Shown here: positions 1 through 7,200 of the stretch, in pieces
Layout: each line of letters starts with the position of its first letter
Numbering within the stretch: position 1 is the first letter of the stretch
Source: Candidatus Woesearchaeota archaeon
Lineage (GTDB): Archaea > Nanobdellota > Nanobdellia > SCGC-AAA011-G17 > GW2011-AR17
NCBI GenBank assembly: GCA_018302205.1
Contig: JAGVZZ010000017.1
Span: 1 to 34,479, forward strand
Direction of reading: 5' to 3'
DNA length: 34,479 bases
Translations under genes and position numbers: made by a program
The notes under the pieces: model-generated
What the model was told of the DNA's origin: nothing
The model's database searches: none
The model's input: only the letters and a program-made list of their open reading frames with translations

Positions 1-111
1 AACTATACTTTAAGACATGTGAGAAGATTGCTTCAACAAATGTCCTTAAGATTAAAAGTTCCTAGACCAAGACATAAGAAACGAAATCAAGAAAATGTTT
101 TACAACATTGG
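1..111 (+). pseudogene. IS630-family transposase fragment (HTH region only). Open at the window edge, stop at 109-111.
   Basis: Frame 1 reads NYTLRHVRRLLQQMSLRLKVPRPRHKKRNQENVLQHW*. This resembles the conserved RLL..lg...KKPRPRH.K segment of IS630/Tc1-type transposases. No DDE domain follows. Confidence 0.4.
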
Positions 112-162
112 TAAATACAAATGAGAAAAGCTTAAATATAACAATATATTACAATATATAAC

Positions 163-405
163 ATGAAACAAACGCTTATTGCTCTCAATGAACATCAAGA
201 CCAAGTACTTCAGATTATTAAAGCAAACCAGGGACTGAAAAATAAAGTAGAAGCCGTTCAATTTATTATTAAAGAATATGAAGAAAATCATATGGAACCA
301 GAACTCCGACCAGAATTTATTAAGAAAATTCAAAAAAAAGAAAAAAAAGGTAAATTTAGGGAATATAAATCTCTTTCTCAACTCTGGAAGGATGTAGATG
401 CGTAG
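163..405 (+). CDS. Small RHH/CopG-like antitoxin candidate (TA pair 1)
   Basis: 80 aa. It overlaps the downstream RelE-like ORF by 8 nt. It is a paralog of ORF 16956..17192 (shared L.QIIKAN.GLK/VVKAKYGLR and an identical EPELRPEF motif). The N-terminus has a strand-helix-helix-like pattern. Confidence 0.55.
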   Translation: MKQTLIALNEHQDQVLQIIKANQGLKNKVEAVQFIIKEYEENHMEPELRPEFIKKIQKKEKKGKFREYKSLSQLWKDVDA

Positions 406-670
406 TTTTGCAATAGAAGAAAAACTTCAGAAAACTCTTAAAAAAATTTCTAAAAAAGATAAAGTACTTTATCAAGTATTCCAAAGAAAAGTAGAAGAAA
501 TTCTTACTTGTGAAACTGTGGACCATTACAAAAATCTGCGAAAGCCATTACAGTATCTCAAACGAATACATATTTTAGGTCCATTTGTTCTCACCTTTCT
601 CTACATAGAATCTGAAGATAAAATTGTGTTCTATGATCTTGATCACCATGACACTATTTACCAAATTTAA
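398..670 (+). CDS. RelE/ParE-superfamily toxin (TA pair 1)
   Basis: 90 aa. The pattern HYKNLRKPLQYLKRIHI...IVFYDLDHHDTIY matches the RelE/ParE layout (k.L...l...R.r.G...iy......i....hh..iY). It is a paralog of 17189..17452. Confidence 0.6.
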   Translation: MRSFAIEEKLQKTLKKISKKDKVLYQVFQRKVEEILTCETVDHYKNLRKPLQYLKRIHILGPFVLTFLYIESEDKIVFYDLDHHDTIYQI

Positions 671-682
671 AAACTAACCAAC

Positions 683-719
683 TTAGAGTCCTTCCTGGCT
701 CACCAGATTTAATTAACTT
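683..719 (+). repeat. Degenerate tRNA-3'-end-like (att-like) fragment just downstream of TA pair 1
   Basis: ttagagtccttcctggctcacca reads as T-loop-like TTAGAGT + CCTTC + CTGGCTC + A + CCA with no matching 5' half. The following atttaattaactt resembles the attattaactt tail of the repeats at 15727, 16838 and 17523. Confidence 0.25.
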
Positions 720-799
720 GAGTTTCTGAATTTTGTTTATAAATAAACTTAAAAGAGCATCCTCCTCTTTCTGTAACTAGGAAAAAGGAGGGTTATGGG

Positions 800-1056
800 A
801 TGATTTTAAGTAAAATAAAAGAGATACTAAACTTTTAAGTTTTGCTAAAAAATCTTTTATAAAAGGTGGTTTTAGACATGTAGGTAATTATTTATCTGGA
901 CCTATCAGTTTAGCTAAAAAAACGGTAAGAAAAATATCTGCATTTTGTGCAGATGAAAAACATTCATCTGCTTTAAATCGAATTTTGATTGATGCAAAAT
1001 TTGAAAAAGAATTGCTTGAAAATATGGGATTTCAGTTGAAGAAATGCATCAAATGA
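800..1056 (+). pseudogene. IS701/IS4-like transposase N-terminal remnant (frameshifted, no DDE domain)
   Basis: A GGAGG Shine-Dalgarno precedes ATG at 800, giving MILSKIKEILNF*. A start-less frame from 814 to 1056 then reads ..FAKKSFIKGGFRHVGNYLSGPISLAKKTVRKISAFCADEKHSSALNRILIDAKFEKELLE... This resembles the N-terminal region of IS701/IS4-type transposases. Confidence 0.35.
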
Positions 1057-1388
1057 CAACTGAAGCATTAAAAATAGGATTAGCAACACCTTCCTATTTG
1101 GATATTAATTTTGCAGGGAATATTCATTGGTTATATCCGAGGGCTAGAATTAGAAATAGGATTGTATCTCCAAATGGAGTTACTGAATTTGATGTTACAC
1201 CTTTTGGATTAGCATTAAATGAAATAGAATAGGAAACTTTAATAGAGTTATATGAACAAGCAGAAAGAAGCCCTCCAATAGAATGTGCAACATTTAATCC
1301 AAAAAATACTAAAGCTTGTGTGGCTACAAAAGATAATGATTTTGTAAGAGTAAATTTTAATTATTATTCTGAGTTATCTGGTTATTAA
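1044..1388 (+). pseudogene. Hypothetical ORF interrupted by an in-frame TAG (1230-1232)
   Basis: The 62-aa ORF 1044..1232 continues in the same frame for 51 more sense codons to TAA at 1386-1388. That stop overlaps the permease stop (1385-1387) in a TTAA, the same arrangement as four intact convergent pairs in this window. Confidence 0.3.
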
Positions 1389-2509
1389 AAAAATAAAGTA
1401 TACAAAGTATAAACCATACCAAATAAATAAACAGCGACCATTATTGTTGATAACCAAAATCTATTCTTTATTTGATATTCGGGTTTTCTTTCACTTTTAT
1501 TTTTAGCAGCACGATGAGATAATACAATCATGATCCCTTCAATACCACCTGCAAAGGTTCCAGTAATTGCCAAAACTTGGACGAAGCTTGCAAACCCAGA
1601 AAGGGCAATGGCTAAAGGTAAAATTAAAGTTAGAGACCAAGCAAGAATTTTTTTCATTTTGTAATCAAAGTGATACATCCAAACTAAAGCCAAACCTAGT
1701 AACATAAAGCTAGTGGCCATTGTAAAGATTGCAAATAAATTGCCCATGAAAAGCATGTATGAACCGAGATAGTCTCCTAGAGCGATTGTAGCAATTTGAG
1801 AGGTATCTAATCCAGTAACACCAACAACGGCCGTAGCAAATAGAAGGTATAATATTAAAGGGATTATAGAACCTATGAAAATAACTTTTTTTAGTTTGTG
1901 TAATTCGCCTTTTCCAAGTTCAACTTTGAGATCAGGGATTGCTGCCGCACCTGCAAGAGCGAATAATGCAACACCATAGGGGATTAATAAATTTGAAGAA
2001 TGGAACCCAGTAAGATTAGAAGGTTCTAAGAAAAATAAAGCGATGATAGAAATCAAAGCTAAAACACTAACTACAATTATATTAAAATAATATTCTAAGT
2101 GTTCGATTAATTTTAATCCTTTAAAGACAATTATTGCCATTAGAATACAAAATACTAGCATTGGATAAATTGGTTTGACGCCGAGGATCGCACTCCAAGC
2201 CTGACCTTCACCAATAAGATAACCAGTCAAAGCACCATAAACAGTAATCATCAAAGAAATACACATGAAAAACTTACCTTTCTTCCCTAAATATTTTTCA
2301 ACATAACCTGGAAGTTGATGGATACCTTTTGTTCTTAATGTAATTTCACCTAAATAAAGGTTCATCATTATTACAAGAAAGCCAATCAAAACTAGAACAA
2401 TAACGCCAGTCAAAAAACCAGCTTGCATGAAAACATATGGTAATCCTAGAACACCAGCACCAATTATTAATCCCATTAATGTAGCAATTGCTTTTATTAC
2501 TTTGCTCAT
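1385..2509 (-). CDS. Amino acid permease (Aa_trans / aromatic amino acid permease-like)
   Basis: 374 aa and polytopic. The N-terminal IATLMGLIIGAGVLGLPYVF motif is typical of this transporter family. Confidence 0.75.
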   Translation of the reverse strand: MSKVIKAIATLMGLIIGAGVLGLPYVFMQAGFLTGVIVLVLIGFLVIMMNLYLGEITLRTKGIHQLPGYVEKYLGKKGKFFMCISLMITVYGALTGYLIGEGQAWSAILGVKPIYPMLVFCILMAIIVFKGLKLIEHLEYYFNIIVVSVLALISIIALFFLEPSNLTGFHSSNLLIPYGVALFALAGAAAIPDLKVELGKGELHKLKKVIFIGSIIPLILYLLFATAVVGVTGLDTSQIATIALGDYLGSYMLFMGNLFAIFTMATSFMLLGLALVWMYHFDYKMKKILAWSLTLILPLAIALSGFASFVQVLAITGTFAGGIEGIMIVLSHRAAKNKSERKPEYQIKNRFWLSTIMVAVYLFGMVYTLYTLFF

Positions 2510-2510
2510 C

Positions 2511-3026
2511 TTAGTCGTACCTATGAACTTTCAAATAAGTTTTCAAATCAGAAATAATAATTTCTATATCTTTTTCTAAGGCCGATTTTCTACGTTCCCA
2601 TTTACCACGAGCAAGCATTTTATCCCAAACTTCTCGGAATAAAGTTTTGTAAGGATCTTTTTTTAGCATGTTCCATTCAGAAGTTGGATCACGATCAAAA
2701 TAAGAAGTAAATGTTACAAGAACTTGGCCCATTTGAGCAGATTTCTTTTTACCATCATGAGTTTCAATAGCCACATTTTCAATCTCTGCTTTGAATTCAA
2801 CATTAATCATTGCTTTAGTCATATCATCAATCCATTTACCATTGGACCAATTAAAATGATAAAGTTTTTTACCATCAGATAAAATTTTTTCAGTGTAATC
2901 TTTTTCTTTTAGAGAATAACCTCTTTCAGTGAACCATTTTTTTAAAAATTTGTATAATTCTTTTTGATCATAGGTCAAAGTATTAGAAACCGATAAAGGC
3001 ATACCTACAAAATCTTTTGTTCCCAT
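2511..3026 (-). CDS. Hypothetical protein, distant paralog of 3063..3560
   Basis: 171-aa ORF in an AT-rich genome. Its stop lies 1 nt from the permease start. The similarity to the upstream ORF is collinear and visible by eye. Confidence 0.6.
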   Translation of the reverse strand: MGTKDFVGMPLSVSNTLTYDQKELYKFLKKWFTERGYSLKEKDYTEKILSDGKKLYHFNWSNGKWIDDMTKAMINVEFKAEIENVAIETHDGKKKSAQMGQVLVTFTSYFDRDPTSEWNMLKKDPYKTLFREVWDKMLARGKWERRKSALEKDIEIIISDLKTYLKVHRYD

Positions 3027-3062
3027 ATTTGGTTCTATGGAGTAGAGAAATTATAAAGCTTT

Positions 3063-3560
3063 CTATTTCAAATATTTTCTAACTGTTTCTAATAAAGCTA
3101 AGGCTTCTTCATCAGACTTACCAGTGTATTTGATAAAATAATCTTTTAAGAAATAACGCTCATAAAGTTCTACAAAAAATTTCAAACTTTTTTTTCTATT
3201 TTTTGCTTTGTAAGTACCATGAGGATCTTTGATTACTTCAGATTTTATTGTAATTGTTGTCCGTCCCCAAAAAGTTTCAGTACCATCATCTGCAACAATT
3301 TTTCTTAAATCTAAAATTTTGATTGAAAGTTCAATTTTAAATTTTAAATAATTATCTACGCTTCTTGAAGCAATCCAATCACTATCTATTTGATGGCCAG
3401 TACCAATGTCCTTTTCAGCTAAACCTTTTTCATAAAAATCATATTGGAATTGTTTAAACCATGCAGGGATTGCTTTGATCAAACCGAACACATCAATAAA
3501 GGAATGATGGACAACTTTTTCAGAAACACCACTAATTACATCCAGCTTTTCAAATCCCAT
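3063..3560 (-). CDS. Hypothetical protein, distant paralog of 2511..3026
   Basis: 165 aa. Landmarks shared with 2511..3026: WF..(G)Y...EK, a central W, F/K.E alternating strand, DG, T.T..S....DP, and a C-terminal ..YLK. Confidence 0.6.
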   Translation of the reverse strand: MGFEKLDVISGVSEKVVHHSFIDVFGLIKAIPAWFKQFQYDFYEKGLAEKDIGTGHQIDSDWIASRSVDNYLKFKIELSIKILDLRKIVADDGTETFWGRTTITIKSEVIKDPHGTYKAKNRKKSLKFFVELYERYFLKDYFIKYTGKSDEEALALLETVRKYLK

Positions 3561-3598
3561 GGATAAATCTAAAGAAAATTAATTAATAATGCTTTCGG

Positions 3599-4153
3599 TT
3601 ATTCTTGCTCAATGCGGCATTCTTCACAAAGATATTGACCATCAACCTCATAGAGCTTACCATAATTCTCACAAAGCTCGCATTCGCCTTCTGTAGGTTT
3701 GGGATTATTTTTTGAGGATTCCATTTTTGCACGCTCTTGAATTAATTCAAATAATGCTGGTTGAATCTTTAAAATATCATTTATTGTCAGCATACCTAAA
3801 AGTTTGTTTTTGTAAACAACAGGAAGACGTCTAATTTTTTCAATTTTCATTTTTGTAAGTGCTTCAAATAAATCAACGTCTGGTTCAATTGTATCAATCT
3901 TTTTAGTCATAATTTTTGAAACTTGAATTTTTTTAGGATCTAAACCTTTCGCAATAAAACCTACTAAATCTTTTTCCGTAAGAATACCTTGAAGCTTGTC
4001 TCCATTTGCAATAAGAATGCTTCCAACATTTCTCTTGAGCATAATTTTTGCACACTCAAGAATAGTTTTTGTTGGTAAAATTGTGACTGGAGTTTGTGAC
4101 ATCGCTTCCGAGACTTTTAGGCCAGTTTTCATAGGATTATATAGGTCTTTCAA
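3599..4153 (-). CDS. CBS-pair domain protein with C-terminal zinc ribbon
   Basis: Two CBS-like repeats (..VGSILIANGDKLQGILTEKDL.. and ..IRRLPVVYKNKLLGMLTINDI..) are followed by CELCEN..(14)..CEECR. Confidence 0.8.
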   Translation of the reverse strand: MKDLYNPMKTGLKVSEAMSQTPVTILPTKTILECAKIMLKRNVGSILIANGDKLQGILTEKDLVGFIAKGLDPKKIQVSKIMTKKIDTIEPDVDLFEALTKMKIEKIRRLPVVYKNKLLGMLTINDILKIQPALFELIQERAKMESSKNNPKPTEGECELCENYGKLYEVDGQYLCEECRIEQE

Positions 4154-4241
4154 ACATTTAAGGATTGTGCTATTACTTTCAAAGGTATAAATCTACTTAA
4201 GAAAAGTATTTTAATCGAATAAATAGAGAATAAATGGGATT

Positions 4242-7200
4242 ATGGACGAGGAAATTCGAAAAGGGGTTGCTAAAGGCCTTCTAATGAGTGCTATTCAACA
4301 AAATAAGCCCTATTGGAAAAAAGAGATTACAGCTATAATTATTGTTTCATTAATTGTTATAATGATTTTTACGAATTTTAAATATACTGGAAAGGTTATT
4401 AGTGAATTTGATTACGGAGAATTAGAAGATACAACTGCTTATGATTTTTGGACCTTAGGGAATAGTTCTGGGACTTTACAAATAGATTATGTTTTTGTAG
4501 AACCGACACAGAAATATATTAATGAAACTTATTATTGTTTTAATGGGTCTGTAACAAATGATGTAAGCTCTTTGTTATATTTATGGTATATCAATGGAAG
4601 TTTAAAAACAGATTTGAATACATCGACAGTTGTTAGTGGTTTAAGAAATTTTACAACACACGATTATCTTGAATGTGGAATCATTCCTCAGGACTCAAGT
4701 TTAGTAGCATATTGGCCCTTAGATGAAGGTTCTGGAGTTGCATTCAAAGAAGTTGTAAATAATAACTCTGGAGCAAGTACAACCGCAGATTGGAAAAAAG
4801 GAAGAAATCATAATTCTGTAAATATTAGCTTAAACAATCATTATGATGTAACAACCCCAACGGGTTTAAACTTAACAAATAATTTTACTTATGAGATTTG
4901 GATGTATCCAAGGAGTATTTCTACTGCAGGGATTATTGATAATTCAAACACAGTATATATTAGGAGTGCAAATCAAAAAATCGAGGGGTATTTAAAAATC
5001 TCTGAATCCTCACCAACATTAAAGATTGTTTCTCCGGATAGTATTTCATTAAACCAATGGAACCAAATAGTTTTAACTTATGACAATCAAAATATTTCTT
5101 TATACTTGAATGGCCAATTACAAAATAAAACCAATTTAACTGGAAATATGGATGTTTTTTCGGGGAATATTGCCCTTGGGAGATTAATTGATGCTCCTTC
5201 CCAATATTTAGAGGGGCAAATTGATGAAGTTGCAATTTATAATAAAAGTTTAAGTGAAGCTGAAATTGAAAGCCATTATAACAGAGGGATTGTAATATTA
5301 TCAAAAGACAATACTTTGATTTTAGATGTTACTGAACCAAATTTTCTAAATGGAACTCTAACAAATGTAACTTATAGTAGTTCTGCTGGAGGATTAATCC
5401 TTTCAAATTGTAGCACAAATAATTATTGTACTCAAGGGATTTATACTTCATCAATAAAAACAATTAATGATAACGATTATGATGCTGAATTATTTTATGG
5501 AATCAAACCTATTTCAAATGGGAATATTTCATTTGAAGTAAGAACCGGAATCAAAGGAGACAATGGTTCAATTAATTGGGGGGATTATTCCGGAGGAGAC
5601 TATTCTTCAAATGAAGATCCTTCAAAAATATTGGCTTTATCATTTTCTGAAGGAAAGAGTAATACCACCCAAAATTCAGTAACACAAGAAAAATATAATT
5701 TGAGATATACAGACTTTTCTCCAAAAGGGAAATCAGGAACTGCATTAAAGTTCTTTGAAACTGGAGGAATAGTTATAAATGATTATCAAAACCTAAGATT
5801 AAATTATTATAATTATTCTATTGAATTTTATTTTCTTCCCCATAATGCAAAAAATATGGAAGTATTTAATAAATTGGTATATTCCCTTAATACAAATGCA
5901 AGCTTGAATTTAATTTATAATACTACTTGCGATGGGGGGCTTAATTATTCAATAATTAGTAATGAAACTTTAAACCTGGATAAATGGAATTATGTTGTTA
6001 TTACACATAGTTCTGAGAATTTAACAAAAATTTATTTAGATGGAAAGCTTGTTGCAAATGAGAATTCAAATTCAATAATTACTTCTTCAAGTTCTATTTT
6101 TGTTTTAGGTTATGGAGGTACGAGTAGTACTTTTAATGGAAGTATTGATAGCTTTGTAGTATATAATCGAACATTAAGTAGTGATGAAGTCTTGAATCGG
6201 AATAATAGTCTAAATCCACAAGGGGGATATTTTGATTCGAATGATTATATACAATATAGAGCAACTTTTTCTACAACAGATACAACCCAAACACCAACTT
6301 TAACAAATGCATCAATTAGACTTCAAAATCATACTGTTTTTGTATATCATTCAACGCCATATAATTCAGTATTATCTTATTTTACAAATAATTCCAATAT
6401 TAGTTCGGAGTTAAATTCTTCTATTTTTAATTGGTCTGTTGGGAGTATTTTAGAGGCAGGAGATAGTTTATATTATGAATGGGCACTTTATAATTATAGT
6501 AATTTTAGTAAGTTTGTTGATTCAAATTTAGGGATTAATAATTATTCAAGACCAGATTATACAGACCCACAAACATTACTTGTTGAACATTTTGATTTCA
6601 AAGAAGAATTATATAATCATGGATGGTTGATAAAAGGATCAGAAACTAGCACTTTGGGGAGATATAATAATGGATTAAGATTGGATCAATCTGGAGGATA
6701 TCTTGAAAATTCCCTAAGAACAATTCATTCAAATGAAGGTTCAATTGAATTTTGGGTTATGCCATATTGGAGTCCAAGTGATGGCCAAACAAATTATTTT
6801 TTTGATCACGAAACCGGGGGCCTAAGTTTAAATAGAACTGGAAGCCAATTATTATATAGTGTTGGTACTGAAAATAGAAGTTTTATTACTTATAATATTA
6901 GTAATTGGAATACAAACGAATGGCACCATATAGCCGTAAATTGGGAAAGATATGGGAATATTACATTAATTCTTGATGGAACTCAAGTTAATACTACACA
7001 AATTGAGAGGATTAGTAGTTTTAATGATCAGGCATTTTATTTAGGCTCAAACGCAGATATAACCACTTCAAATATAATTTTAAATGGAGTTCTTGATGAA
7101 TTAAGAATAAGCCGGATTTTAAGAAAAGATTATTCATCTCTAAGTGTACAAGCATTTAATTTAAGCTTAAGTAATATTTCAGATGGGACTTATTATTGGA

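Noticed and set aside
100-381. A 93-aa minus-strand ORF overlapping antitoxin 163..405.
   Set aside because: It is phenylalanine-rich low complexity produced by the antisense of A-rich coding sequence. The plus-strand TA pair has a paralog and coupled start/stop codons.
1230-1232. The in-frame TAG could be a pyrrolysine codon.
   Set aside because: No Pyl machinery is visible, and TAG serves as a normal stop for HIT (11889-11891) and antitoxin 163..405. Its position next to IS debris makes a nonsense mutation more likely.
4960-5304. Antisense ORFs inside the LamG gene (4960..5304, 7568..7771, 8293..8562) and similar shadows at 3996..4190, 11284..11487, 15079..15312, 15315..15509, 19125..19307, 19772..20026, 20867..21052, 21791..22027, 27049..27267, 28311..28610, 30415..30774, 31012..31395 and 33340..33549.
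   Set aside because: Each is fully nested antisense in a longer ORF with recognisable motifs. None has its own promoter box or a recognisable domain.
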